Below, one piece after another: positions 46,027 to 55,740 of a stretch of 64,000 bases of DNA. The stretch lies in assembly GCA_035388625.1 (NCBI GenBank), contig DAOOQH010000001.1:463-64462 (forward strand). Direction: 5' to 3'. The notes beneath the pieces were generated by a model. That model saw nothing but the letters and a program-made list of their open reading frames with translations, was not told where the DNA came from and did no database searches. Within the stretch, counting starts at the first letter, position 1, and each line of letters opens with the position of its first letter. A program made the translations under genes and the position numbers. This DNA comes from Chitinophagaceae bacterium (GTDB lineage: Bacteria > Bacteroidota > Bacteroidia > Chitinophagales > Chitinophagaceae).

Positions 46027-47025
46027 TTAACGCTTATAGTTTTTAAGTGTTTCTTCTATTAAACCACCATAGAAATCAATCAATGTCATACCTGAGGCCC
46101 GAACTTGTTGTGGCACAATACTATTTTCACTTTGTCCGGGAATTGTATTAATCTCTAAAAAGTAAAGCTTATTTGAATTCTCCTCTAAAATAAAATCAAC
46201 TCGACATATCCCTTTACAATTGAGCGTTTGATAAATATTAATGGCTGTATCCGCAATTTTTATAGCAATATCTTTTTCAATTTCAGCTGGTGTAACTTCA
46301 TTGGTCATACCCGGTGTATATTTGGCTTCATAATCAAAAAACTCCTTTGTGCTAATAATTTCGGTGACTGGCAATGCTATACATTTTCGATTCGACTGAT
46401 ACACACCAATACTAAATTCACGGCCTTTGACAAATTCTTCAATCATGGCTTGTGGCTCAATGGCAAACACAGCATCAATGGCAGGCTGTAATTCTTCTTT
46501 TGTTTTTACTTTGGTGGTTGCCAAGCTAGATCCTCCTTCTGAAGGTTTTACAAAAACTGGCAATTTGATTTGGTTGCAGATTTCGTCAACAGATAAACAT
46601 CTATCTTGAAATACATGAATCGATTTAGATACATTCACTACACCGCTATGCTCGATCACTCGATTACAATAAATTTTATTAAAGGTCAATCCCGAAACAA
46701 TTGCACCGCAAGAAGTAAATGGCAAATCTAACATTTCAAAATAACCTTGCAATTTACCATCCTCTCCAGGGGTGCCATGCACGGCAATAAAAACAGCATC
46801 AAAACTAATTTTATTTTGATTGATCAATAATGAAAAATCTCTTCTATCAACTTCAATTTTGTGACCTTCAGGTGAGGTATACTGCCAATTATATTTATCG
46901 ATAATTATTTTATAAACATGATATTTTTCCTTGTCTATATTGTTTTCAATTGTAATGGCAGTTTTGATTGAGATTACATATTCACCCGAATAGCCGCCAG
47001 CGACCAATGCTATATTTTTTTTCAT
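46027..47025 (-). CDS. ddl: D-alanine--D-alanine ligase
   Basis: The opening IALVAGGYSGE, then HG..GEDG.LQG, an ATP-grasp core and the C-terminal LEINT.PG....S..P pattern. Confidence 0.93.
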   Translation of the reverse strand: MKKNIALVAGGYSGEYVISIKTAITIENNIDKEKYHVYKIIIDKYNWQYTSPEGHKIEVDRRDFSLLINQNKISFDAVFIAVHGTPGEDGKLQGYFEMLDLPFTSCGAIVSGLTFNKIYCNRVIEHSGVVNVSKSIHVFQDRCLSVDEICNQIKLPVFVKPSEGGSSLATTKVKTKEELQPAIDAVFAIEPQAMIEEFVKGREFSIGVYQSNRKCIALPVTEIISTKEFFDYEAKYTPGMTNEVTPAEIEKDIAIKIADTAINIYQTLNCKGICRVDFILEENSNKLYFLEINTIPGQSENSIVPQQVRASGMTLIDFYGGLIEETLKNYKR

Positions 47026-47042
47026 GTATAAAAGAGAATGAG

Positions 47043-47050
47043 CAAAGCTA
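47043..47050 (-). promoter_or_regulatory. -7 box TAGCTTTG upstream of ddl
   Basis: Perfect TAnnTTTG on the minus strand, 17 nt before the ddl ATG (47025). Confidence 0.45.
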
Positions 47051-47136
47051 ATAAAATCTTCAGGGATTTTGTTTATTGTAATATGATAAAGTATTTATAA
47101 AAGGTCCGCTATCTTAAAAGTGTCACGAATAAATAA

Positions 47137-48117
47137 TTACCCGCCTATCGAAATCATACTTCTATTAATTACTTGGGTTGTATCTATCTGCGTGAAATCT
47201 GAAAATAATTGCCCTCCCAACGCTTTTTCCTTTTCCTTTATTGTTTGTGTGATTGATGGTATGATATCTTCATGATTTCTGTAAAGCGTTAATAAATCAG
47301 TTTCTCCTTTTGAGAACAAGCAATTCTTCAATTTGCCATCTGCTGTTAATCGAAGCCTATTGCAGGTTGCACAAAATGGCGCCGTCATTGTGCTAATGAT
47401 GGCAAATGTGCCTTGATGATTATACACTTGGTACTTTTTAGTTGTGTCGTTCAGTTCATCTTGAATTTTTACAAAATCAAATTTTTCTGCAATTTGAGAA
47501 AGTATTTGTTGATAGGTAAATACCTTATCGCTCATCCATTGATTATTGGCAAATGGCATAAACTCAATAAAACGAACATGAATTGGTTCAAATTGAGTCC
47601 ATTCAACAAAATCAGTAATCTCTTTATCATTAATTCCTTTCATAGTAACAACATTCACTTTCACTGAAAAATGATGTTTAAGCAATAGATCTATATTTTT
47701 TTTTACTTGATAAAATTGGTCACGTTTGGTAAGTGATAAAAATGTGATCGGGTTCAAGGGATCTAGACTAATATTGATTGATTTTAAATTTGCCTTCTTA
47801 AAAATATCAATATACTTGTGCACTAATACGCCATTGGTGGTCATGGTTAATTTAACAGGCAATGACGAAAGTAATTCAATAATTTCACCAATATCCTTTC
47901 TTACAAGAGGCTCACCACCAGTTAAACGAATTTTATTTACCCCGAGAGAAACAAATATTTTTGCTATTTCAAAAATCTCCTCCTTCGACATCAACTTTGA
48001 ATTGGGTGTAACATCAACCTCCTCATTTGGCATGCAATAAAAACATCTGAAATTGCATGCGTCAGTTAAGGATATCCTTAGATAGTTGTGAACCCGATGA
48101 TGTGTATCGTATAACAT
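47137..48117 (-). CDS. moaA: GTP 3',8-cyclase (molybdenum cofactor biosynthesis protein A)
   Basis: Radical-SAM motif CNFRCFYC, RLTGGEPL, a C-terminal second cluster CATCNRLRLTADGKLK.C and the terminal GG. Confidence 0.93.
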   Translation of the reverse strand: MLYDTHHRVHNYLRISLTDACNFRCFYCMPNEEVDVTPNSKLMSKEEIFEIAKIFVSLGVNKIRLTGGEPLVRKDIGEIIELLSSLPVKLTMTTNGVLVHKYIDIFKKANLKSINISLDPLNPITFLSLTKRDQFYQVKKNIDLLLKHHFSVKVNVVTMKGINDKEITDFVEWTQFEPIHVRFIEFMPFANNQWMSDKVFTYQQILSQIAEKFDFVKIQDELNDTTKKYQVYNHQGTFAIISTMTAPFCATCNRLRLTADGKLKNCLFSKGETDLLTLYRNHEDIIPSITQTIKEKEKALGGQLFSDFTQIDTTQVINRSMISIGG

Positions 48118-48202
48118 GTTTGGTAAAAGTAGGATATATTCAATTGAATTTCTAACTACTTGAAAAGTATCAAATTAAATTTTACTTTTAGCCAATCTTA
48201 AT

Positions 48203-49648
48203 ATGAATCAAACAAAATATTCGAAACTCATTTTAGCAGCCTGGTTGTTTACCATCAGTATAGTGACGATACTTACGGCAGCAACACTTATAAAGCATGG
48301 TATGTTTATGGATGCGATGTTATACACCTCTGTATCTCATAATTTGAGTCATGGCATTGGAAGTTTTTGGTTTCCTTTTTTCGACGAATATAATGTAGCG
48401 AATCTCACCTCATTTCATGAACAACCCCCTTTGGTATTTGGTATTCAGGCCTTGTTTTTTAAACTATTGGGTGATAGTATGTATGTCGAAAGATTTTATA
48501 CTTTTTTTACAATGTGTATAAATGGGTTACTCATAAAAGTTCTTTGGGATGAAATTACAAAGGAAAATCTCAAGTTAAGACCTTATGCTTGGCTAGCCAT
48601 TTTATTATGGATAACCATACCCGTTTGTTTTTGGTCATACTCAAACAATATGCATGAAAACACTATGAGTGTATTTATTTTATGTTCTGTTGTTTTTAGT
48701 TATAAAGCGATGCAATCGAAAACTGACAACTATTTCAATTATGTTTTGGCTGGGTTCTTTATTTCATTGGCGGTATTAAGTAAAGGATTTCCAGGTTTTT
48801 TTCCTATCACATTACCATTCCTTCATTGGTTAATTATACGACGAAAATCGTTTTTTAAAACCTTTATTTACTCCTCAATTATTTTATTGATTTTGATCAT
48901 CATTGGCATTGCTTTATATCTTTATCCGAGTTCCAATGAAAGTCTATCCATCTATCTTTTCAAGCGTGCCTTTCAACGTATCAACGAAGTTCCTAGTGTA
49001 GATAGTCGTTTTTTTATTTTTTGGCGATTACTATCTGAACTGATTCCTATATTTATTTTTACAGCCGTATTTTTTGGAATTGCTCGATGGAAAAAGATGC
49101 TGAATCAATTAAATAGCCAATATCAACAAGCATTTTTATTTATTGCTTTAGGCATTTGCGGATCTTTACCTTTGATGCTCACCAAGGTACAAAACGGATT
49201 TTATTTTGTTCCCTCCTTACCATATTTCGGAATTGGATTTGCTTTATTAACGGCACCTATCATTCATCTACTCTTTCAAAAAATTCAAATAAAATATCAT
49301 CAAAATTTAGTTACCATTTCATCGATGATTTTAATTGGGACTTTGATCTTTACTTATTTTCAAAAAGATAAATATAGCAGAGATAAAGATCTCTTAAACG
49401 ACATTCACAATATTGCACAAATTGTTCCAACTCAATCACGTATCAATTGTTCAAATTCAGTCTATCAAAATTGGTCATTAAATTGCTATCTTGTAAGAAT
49501 GCATGATATCAGTATCAACAATATAGAAATGAAACGTCATGATAGTCCATACTTTATTAATGAAATCAATGGCACGAACCCAGATGCTCAATTATATGAG
49601 GAAGTGAAATTGAATAATAAACAATATACGCTATATAAAAAAAGATAG
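48203..49648 (+). CDS. ArnT/PMT-like (GT39/GT83-type) membrane glycosyltransferase
   Basis: 481 aa and polytopic (at least 10 predicted TM helices). The first-loop region (..D...Y..... ..HG......F......EQPPL) is typical of the dolichyl/undecaprenyl-phosphate-sugar transferase superfamily. Confidence 0.65.
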   Translation: MNQTKYSKLILAAWLFTISIVTILTAATLIKHGMFMDAMLYTSVSHNLSHGIGSFWFPFFDEYNVANLTSFHEQPPLVFGIQALFFKLLGDSMYVERFYTFFTMCINGLLIKVLWDEITKENLKLRPYAWLAILLWITIPVCFWSYSNNMHENTMSVFILCSVVFSYKAMQSKTDNYFNYVLAGFFISLAVLSKGFPGFFPITLPFLHWLIIRRKSFFKTFIYSSIILLILIIIGIALYLYPSSNESLSIYLFKRAFQRINEVPSVDSRFFIFWRLLSELIPIFIFTAVFFGIARWKKMLNQLNSQYQQAFLFIALGICGSLPLMLTKVQNGFYFVPSLPYFGIGFALLTAPIIHLLFQKIQIKYHQNLVTISSMILIGTLIFTYFQKDKYSRDKDLLNDIHNIAQIVPTQSRINCSNSVYQNWSLNCYLVRMHDISINNIEMKRHDSPYFINEINGTNPDAQLYEEVKLNNKQYTLYKKR

Positions 49649-49650
49649 GT

Positions 49651-50622
49651 TTAAAGCTTCAGTTCAAAAAGTGAACCTTGATCGCCAACAATAAAACATG
49701 TTGTTTCATCTCTAAAATTAATTCCTCTTAAATCTTTCAAACTAAATTGGTTGGTTTCTATCCAATTTTCACCATCATCATTACTTACAAAAACAACGCC
49801 ATTTTCGCCAACCGCAACAACTGATTTATTTTGATTTCGATCGATATCTAAAAAATGAAATTTCTTTAATGTGATATCATTTCCATTTCGAATTACTCTC
49901 CATGTTTTACCTCCATCACTGGTTTTATGAATGCTACCTTCATAACCTACTGCGATACCTTCTAAGGTATTTTTCCATGACATGGCTTTAAAAAAATCAT
50001 TCTTAGCATTTGTAAATTCCCACTGTTTGCCTTGATCATGTGATTTCAAAATAGCACCATATCCAGATAAATAAATTGTATTCGAATCTACCTGATCAAT
50101 ATCAGATAATTCAAAATTTTTTTCTTCACGAATTTGATTTGAGCCTGAACCATCAAATAAAAAATCACTGATATGACCTTTATCAAATCCAATGCCACCA
50201 ACAATGATAGCTGACTGTTCATTTATGAATGCGACATCTTTCAACTCCTTCCATGAACTATGTTGTATATACTTAAATGTATTACCTGTATCGCTACTTA
50301 TAAAAATTGTACCTCCATACCCTACAGTAATAATATGCCCTCTTTTATCAATCGTAATATTATATATCTCTTTTTTTTCGCTATTAACAGGCAACTCAAC
50401 CTCATTCCAATGATAACCACCATCGATTGTTTTTAGCAAACTTGGTTTTGAAAATTGAGCTCCTCCAACTATAAAACCAATATTTTGATTAAAGAAAACA
50501 ATTTTATTGAGCCGTTCATTGAGATCTAAATTTATGTCATTTGAATCAACCACAATTTTTTTTCGTGTGCATGAAATGACACAAGTAGTAAAAATAAAAA
50601 GGTAGACTAAATATTTATGCAT
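49651..50622 (-). CDS. BNR/Asp-box repeat beta-propeller protein (Ycf48-like)
   Basis: Lipoprotein-like signal (..VISCT) and repeated S.D.G..W Asp-boxes (TIDGGYHW, SSDTGNTF, SHDQGKQW, TSDGGKTW, SNDDGENW). Confidence 0.7.
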   Translation of the reverse strand: MHKYLVYLFIFTTCVISCTRKKIVVDSNDINLDLNERLNKIVFFNQNIGFIVGGAQFSKPSLLKTIDGGYHWNEVELPVNSEKKEIYNITIDKRGHIITVGYGGTIFISSDTGNTFKYIQHSSWKELKDVAFINEQSAIIVGGIGFDKGHISDFLFDGSGSNQIREEKNFELSDIDQVDSNTIYLSGYGAILKSHDQGKQWEFTNAKNDFFKAMSWKNTLEGIAVGYEGSIHKTSDGGKTWRVIRNGNDITLKKFHFLDIDRNQNKSVVAVGENGVVFVSNDDGENWIETNQFSLKDLRGINFRDETTCFIVGDQGSLFELKL

Positions 50623-52495
50623 TATTAATTAATACTTGAATATCATGTGTTGACAATTTTGCAAATACCTTCTTGCCAATGGGGGATAGTTGAGGTTGCT
50701 CGCATCGGAATAAATCTTGCATTAATTTTTCCATTTCTTGCGTGGTGAGCTTTTTGCCATGATGAATTGCTCTTTGCATAGCGATGGTTCGTATTAAACG
50801 TTCGCGTTTATCAAGTCGAACTTCTGAGGAAGCATGTTTGTATGCATCTACAATTTTTTCGATAGAGCTAATTTCATTACCTTGTTTTACATCGGCAGGA
50901 ATTCCTTGAATAATAAAACTATGATTTCCAAACTCTTCTACTTCATATCCTAGTTGCAATAAATCATCTAAAATACTTTTTAGCAAAACTGCATCTGCTG
51001 GCGGTAATTCAAAGGTTTGAGGCAATAAACATTTTTGAATGCTAATTGGATTTGACGTTGCAAGCTCTAACTGCTCATACAAAATTCGTTGATGCGCTAA
51101 ATGCTGATCAATTAAAAGAAAACCATTTTTAGTGGATACTATGATATATGATAAATTGATTTGCGTAAAAGATGGAATAAACTCTTCTTGAAGAATTTTA
51201 AAATCTTCTTGATTGTCTGTATTTTGACTTGGTAGATATGGACTAGTTTTCAGGTCTTGATTTGAATCAATTGGAGAAAAAGTTGAAACTTGTTGTTTCG
51301 CAAAATCTTCTTGAATTTTATACATATCCTTCCAATTCCGAACATCTTCTTTCTTATTCAAAAAATGAGCTTGACCCTTCTCAGTGAATGATTGAAACAG
51401 AAAATCACCTTTCGTATGCTCTTGTGTTTGTTTTGAAAAAGGTTGACTTAAGGCCGTTAAATTTTCAATTGATGAATCAAGACTAAAATCAAGTGAAGGC
51501 GCAATACTATATTTACTCAATGCATGTTTAACTGCCGAACTAACAAAAGAATAGATGAGTCTATCATCTTCAAACTTTATTTCTTGTTTCGTTGGATGAA
51601 CATTAATATCAACCCGCTTAGGTTCGATATCAATAAATAAAACAAATAATGGAAATTCATCTTTCCCAATTAATTCCTTATAAGCTTGTGTAACGGCATG
51701 ATTTAAATAGGGGCTTTTAATGAATCGATTATTGACGAAAAAATACTGATTTCCTCTTGTTTTGGTTGATATATCAGGCGTTCCTACAAAACCAGTAATT
51801 TGCACAAAATCGGTTGGCTCATCTACCGGAACTAATTTGGCAGACATCGTATTTCCAAGTAATGCTATGATTCGCTGTTTAAGTTTACCTTTTTCTAAAT
51901 TAAAAATATCGCTATTATTATTTGTAAACTGAAAACCAATTTCGGGATAGGCCATTGCTACTCGAGTAAACTCATCAACGATATGACGGGTTTCAACAGC
52001 ATTACTTTTAAGAAAATTTCGTCGAGCAGGTACATTAAAAAATAAATTTTTAACTGCTAAACTTGAACCTATTGAAGCCTGACATGGCTCTTGAGACCGA
52101 ACTGTACTATTGTCTATTAAAATATGAGTTCCAATTTCTTCATTTGCTGATCTTGTTTTCAACTCAACTTGTGCTACTGCTGCAATAGATGCCAAGGCTT
52201 CGCCTCTAAAACCCATGGTTCGAATGGCAAATAAATCGTCAACTGATTTTATTTTAGATGTAGCATGTCGTTCAAAACACAAGCGAGCATCAAGAGGACT
52301 CATTCCTTTTCCGTTATCATTCACTTGGATGAGTTCTTTACCAGCATCTTTCACTATTAAGTGAATTTGAGTGGCACCGGCATCAATAGCATTTTCAAGC
52401 ATCTCTTTTACGGCACTAGCTGGACGCTGAATTACTTCACCTGCCGCTATTTGATTTGCAATATTATCAGGTAATAATTCTATTATATCTGGCAT
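50615..52495 (-). CDS. mutL: DNA mismatch repair endonuclease MutL
   Basis: N-terminal GHKL ATPase motifs (IAAGEVIQRPASAVKEMLENAIDAG, DNGKGM, GFRGEAL) and a C-terminal dimerisation/endonuclease domain. Overlaps the downstream gene by 8 nt. Confidence 0.95.
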   Translation of the reverse strand: MPDIIELLPDNIANQIAAGEVIQRPASAVKEMLENAIDAGATQIHLIVKDAGKELIQVNDNGKGMSPLDARLCFERHATSKIKSVDDLFAIRTMGFRGEALASIAAVAQVELKTRSANEEIGTHILIDNSTVRSQEPCQASIGSSLAVKNLFFNVPARRNFLKSNAVETRHIVDEFTRVAMAYPEIGFQFTNNNSDIFNLEKGKLKQRIIALLGNTMSAKLVPVDEPTDFVQITGFVGTPDISTKTRGNQYFFVNNRFIKSPYLNHAVTQAYKELIGKDEFPLFVLFIDIEPKRVDINVHPTKQEIKFEDDRLIYSFVSSAVKHALSKYSIAPSLDFSLDSSIENLTALSQPFSKQTQEHTKGDFLFQSFTEKGQAHFLNKKEDVRNWKDMYKIQEDFAKQQVSTFSPIDSNQDLKTSPYLPSQNTDNQEDFKILQEEFIPSFTQINLSYIIVSTKNGFLLIDQHLAHQRILYEQLELATSNPISIQKCLLPQTFELPPADAVLLKSILDDLLQLGYEVEEFGNHSFIIQGIPADVKQGNEISSIEKIVDAYKHASSEVRLDKRERLIRTIAMQRAIHHGKKLTTQEMEKLMQDLFRCEQPQLSPIGKKVFAKLSTHDIQVLINNA

Positions 52496-52594
52496 GGTGC
52501 AAATGTAGGAAATTTACAGATGTGAAATTATCTGTCAAGAGAATTCTTGAAATCAAGAAAGAGATGGTGATGAAATAAAGATATTTCCGCAGAC

Positions 52595-53338
52595 CTATTC
52601 TTCTGGTGCAATTAATCTAAAACCATGACCATGAATATTAGCAATTTCAACACCTTCGTCTTCACGTAATATTTTTCGAAGTTTTGCAATGTAAACATCC
52701 ATACTTCTTCCATTAAAATAAGTATCGCTGCCCCAAATTTTCTTGAGCACTTGATCACGTGGAAGCAAATCATTTTTACTCTCACATAACATTTTCAATA
52801 AAAAATTTTCTTTTGGAGAAAGATTGTGCATTACATCACCAATTTTCAATTCTCGAAGTTTTGAATTGAAATGAAATTTACCAAAGTCGAATTCAAAAAT
52901 TTCGTTTTGTTTTTCTTCTCTTTCAGAATTTCGTTTTAAAATAGCTTTAATTTTATGGAGTAAAATATCGCTATCAAAAGGTTTTAAAATATAATCATCA
53001 GCGCCAAGTCTATATCCATTTAAAATATCTTCTTTCATATTTTTGGCAGTCAAGAAAAATAATGGAATATCTAAATCAACATTTCGAATTTCTTCAGCTA
53101 GTGAAAATCCATCTAAATTAGGCATCATCACATCTAATAAACAAAGATCATATTTTTCGCGTCTGAAAGCGGCTAAACCTAAAATACCATCTCTTACTAA
53201 TTCAACTACATAATCATTTAGTTCAAGATAATTTTTTAAAACTTTTCCAAAATTCATATCATCTTCAACCAATAGAATTTTAGATTTTTGAACTTTATCC
53301 GCGTCAATTTTCTGGTTTTCAACTTTGTTATCTTCCAT
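52595..53338 (-). CDS. OmpR/PhoB-family response regulator
   Basis: Receiver domain (ILLVEDD, phospho-acceptor LLDVMMP, LTAK) and a winged-helix C-terminus (..L.PKE..LL..L........R..............R..DV.I..LRK.L). No histidine kinase gene is adjacent. Confidence 0.9.
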   Translation of the reverse strand: MEDNKVENQKIDADKVQKSKILLVEDDMNFGKVLKNYLELNDYVVELVRDGILGLAAFRREKYDLCLLDVMMPNLDGFSLAEEIRNVDLDIPLFFLTAKNMKEDILNGYRLGADDYILKPFDSDILLHKIKAILKRNSEREEKQNEIFEFDFGKFHFNSKLRELKIGDVMHNLSPKENFLLKMLCESKNDLLPRDQVLKKIWGSDTYFNGRSMDVYIAKLRKILREDEGVEIANIHGHGFRLIAPEE

Positions 53339-53363
53339 ATTTTCTAAATTTTTGATGTGAAAC

Positions 53364-53371
53364 CAAAAGTA
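53364..53371 (-). promoter_or_regulatory. -7 box TACTTTTG upstream of the response-regulator gene
   Basis: Perfect TAnnTTTG on the minus strand, 25 nt before ATG 53338. Confidence 0.45.
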
Positions 53372-53521
53372 GACAATCCATTTTTTTGAATTCAGTAAAC
53401 CCGTGTAATATTTTGTTAAACCCCATTTTAAAGTTCAGATTAGTAAAGGTTCAAAAGGCCAAAGAAATTATAATTGGATTTGGCTATATCATCCGTATTG
53501 AAGAATACATCTTTTATAGAT

Positions 53522-53552
53522 CTATTCTAGAATAGGTTACTCAGCATGCTGA
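53522..53552. promoter_or_regulatory. two adjacent perfect palindromes in the divergent spacer (candidate operators)
   Basis: ctattctagaatag (53522..53535, 14 bp perfect) and tcagcatgctga (53541..53552, 12 bp perfect), 5 bp apart. They lie about 125-155 nt upstream of the 53678 ATG. Confidence 0.3.
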
Positions 53553-53677
53553 CATATTAAATAATTGCTACTATTTGGCTTTTTACTATAGGGTTCATCC
53601 GAATTTTTTTTTGCTCTATCAAGAAATTTCTGCAAGTTCAAGCAATTATCTTACTTTTAGGCAAAATTTAAAAAATT

Positions 53678-54448
53678 ATGAAATCAAAAAAATTACTTAT
53701 TACATCTTTATTTTTAATGGGCGGATTAGGCGCTTTTATTTCCTTAACATCCACAAGCAATGCAAGTTCTGGTGTTATGGGGGCTAGCACAGCGGGCTGT
53801 TCATGCCATGGCACAGCCAGTTCTGCAACAACCATTGAAATTACTGGAATTCCAGCCTCAGGATTTGTTGCTGGCACACCTTATTCAATGACACTTGCTG
53901 TAAAAAATTCAACTAAAGCTGGTGCAGGATTTGATTTAACTTGTACTTCTGGAACTATAAGTGGTGCTCCACTCAATACCATGCTGATGATGGGAACTGA
54001 ATTACATCATACTGCTGTAAAAGATGCTGTATCTGGCATCACTACTTGGTCATTTACTTGGACGCCAGCTGCTTCAGGCAGTAGTGTTACATTTAATGTG
54101 GCAGGTAATGCGGTTAATAAAAATAACGGCGATAGTGGCGATCAATGGGCAGTTGCGAGTTTAACTTTCAATAAAGCAATTCCTTCTTCATTAAAAGATA
54201 TCGATTTTACTGGATTTAGTATTTATCCTAATCCTACCTCAAGCAATTTATATTTTGTTTCAGAAAACGATATGAACAATGTAAGCTTTAAAGCGGTTTC
54301 ATTATATGGTGGTGTTTCAGCATTACAAGCGTCAAAAGAAGCAAACAATAAATATTTAATTTCAAGTGCTTCATTAGCAAATGGCAACTATATTTTATTA
54401 GCTGAATCAAATGGAAAAACTTATTCTCAAACATTTAGCAAAAACTAA
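53678..54448 (+). CDS. T9SS-secreted protein with N-terminal Cys..Cys-His domain (paralogue 1)
   Basis: Signal peptide. A ~140-aa domain carries GCSCHG, GF..G..Y, AGFDL, ELHHTA, WSFTWT.P, FNVAGNAVN and GD.W. C-terminal Por-type tail (FSIYPNPTSSNLYF ... GNYILLA). Confidence 0.7.
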   Translation: MKSKKLLITSLFLMGGLGAFISLTSTSNASSGVMGASTAGCSCHGTASSATTIEITGIPASGFVAGTPYSMTLAVKNSTKAGAGFDLTCTSGTISGAPLNTMLMMGTELHHTAVKDAVSGITTWSFTWTPAASGSSVTFNVAGNAVNKNNGDSGDQWAVASLTFNKAIPSSLKDIDFTGFSIYPNPTSSNLYFVSENDMNNVSFKAVSLYGGVSALQASKEANNKYLISSASLANGNYILLAESNGKTYSQTFSKN

Positions 54449-54472
54449 ATTTACTAGATTATTTATTCTCAA

Positions 54473-54503
54473 AGAGGTTACACTATGTAGCCTCTTTTTT
54501 TTA
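54473..54503 (+). terminator. intrinsic terminator between the two paralogues
   Basis: 8-bp stem agaggtta/tagcctct (one G-U wobble on the plus strand) with a 7-nt loop, followed by a T-run (54496..54502). Confidence 0.65.
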
Positions 54504-54566
54504 TTTTGAAACCTATGTATAAAAAATTAATTTCCTTCATTTATCTTTAATAAAAAATTGAATCTT

Positions 54567-55628
54567 ATGAACTCAAAAAAATTACTCTTTATCATGAGTC
54601 TATTCTTTGGCTCATTGATTTATATCTCATTGACATCTAATAGTAGCGGTATTACTGGAAAAAGTAGTGTTGGTTGTGGCGGCAGTGGTTGTCATAGTCA
54701 AAATGCTGCAACAACTATCATGTTAAGTGGCGTTCCTTCAGGCGGATTTGCACCAGGCAATACCTATACATTAACCTTGTTAGTGACAAATATTTCAAAG
54801 CCTTCGGCTGGTTTTGATTTATCGGTTAGTGACGGTATTTTAAGTGGCGCACCGATAAATACTACTTTAAATGGGAATACCGAAATTCATCATACGGCTC
54901 CTCTCACCTCATTAACTGGTACATTTTCATGGACTTTCAATTGGACAGCGCCAACTGGTTCATCGGCCGTTGTTTTTAATGTAGCGGCCAATGCTGTTGA
55001 TAATTCAACAACAAGTAGCGGCGATGCTTGGTCTATCGCTACCTTCAATTATTCAGCATCTTCCACTAGTACACCCCCTACTATTCTATCTACAACCCTA
55101 ACTGGGGTTACATCAACAACTGCTGATATTGCTGGTTCAGTAAATGCTAACGGATTAAGCACTTCAGTTATTGTTGAATATGGATTAACCACTTCATATG
55201 GAAATACTGTTTCTACTTCGCCAGGTGTTGTGATCGGAACTACACCTACCAATGTTACTGCCACCATAACAGGATTATTGCCAAGTACAACCTATCATTA
55301 TCGAATAAAAGCTAATAGCAGCGGAGGAACCACCAATGGCTCTGATTTTACTTTGGCAACACCCACTTCGTTGAATGATATTAAAAAGACAGATTTTAAT
55401 ATCTATCCAAATCCAACCAATGAATTCCTTTATTTTTCATCTGCATCTATTAGTACTGACATCAGCTTTAGTGCTATTTCGTTAACCGGAAATGCTTGCT
55501 ACTTGAAAACAGAAAACATGGGTTTGGGATTGTATAAAATTAATACCCAAGATCTCGCACAAGGAAATTATATTCTTCGCATCAAAGCCAATGGTTCTTA
55601 CTCTCAATATTTATTTGGCAAGAATTAA
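54567..55628 (+). CDS. T9SS-secreted protein with N-terminal Cys..Cys-His domain plus FN3-like insert (paralogue 2)
   Basis: Same domain as 53678..54448 (GCGGSGCHS, GF.PGNTY, AGFDL, EIHHTA, WTFNWTAP, FNVAANAVD, GDAW). It has an extra ~95-aa Ig/FN3-like module (..TTADIAGSVNANGLST.V.VEYG.TTSYG ... TGLLPSTTYHYRI.A) and a Por-type tail. Start placed at ATG 54567 (MNSKKLL, parallel to MKSKKLL). Confidence 0.7.
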   Translation: MNSKKLLFIMSLFFGSLIYISLTSNSSGITGKSSVGCGGSGCHSQNAATTIMLSGVPSGGFAPGNTYTLTLLVTNISKPSAGFDLSVSDGILSGAPINTTLNGNTEIHHTAPLTSLTGTFSWTFNWTAPTGSSAVVFNVAANAVDNSTTSSGDAWSIATFNYSASSTSTPPTILSTTLTGVTSTTADIAGSVNANGLSTSVIVEYGLTTSYGNTVSTSPGVVIGTTPTNVTATITGLLPSTTYHYRIKANSSGGTTNGSDFTLATPTSLNDIKKTDFNIYPNPTNEFLYFSSASISTDISFSAISLTGNACYLKTENMGLGLYKINTQDLAQGNYILRIKANGSYSQYLFGKN

Positions 55629-55740
55629 TTATTGATTTCATTTTTATCCGAATTCGAATAAAAATTTCTTCTATAAGTCTTTACATCTTCTTAGGTTTTA
55701 TATTGGTAGTTTCATTTATTTTTACAAAAATGATAAAATT

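Noticed and set aside
53798-53809. The CSCH motif (and CGGSGCH in the paralogue) read as a c-type cytochrome haem-attachment site
   Set aside because: Neither is CXXCH, and the Cys spacing differs between the paralogues (x1 versus x4). I kept the Cys/His conservation as a finding but do not call these proteins cytochromes.
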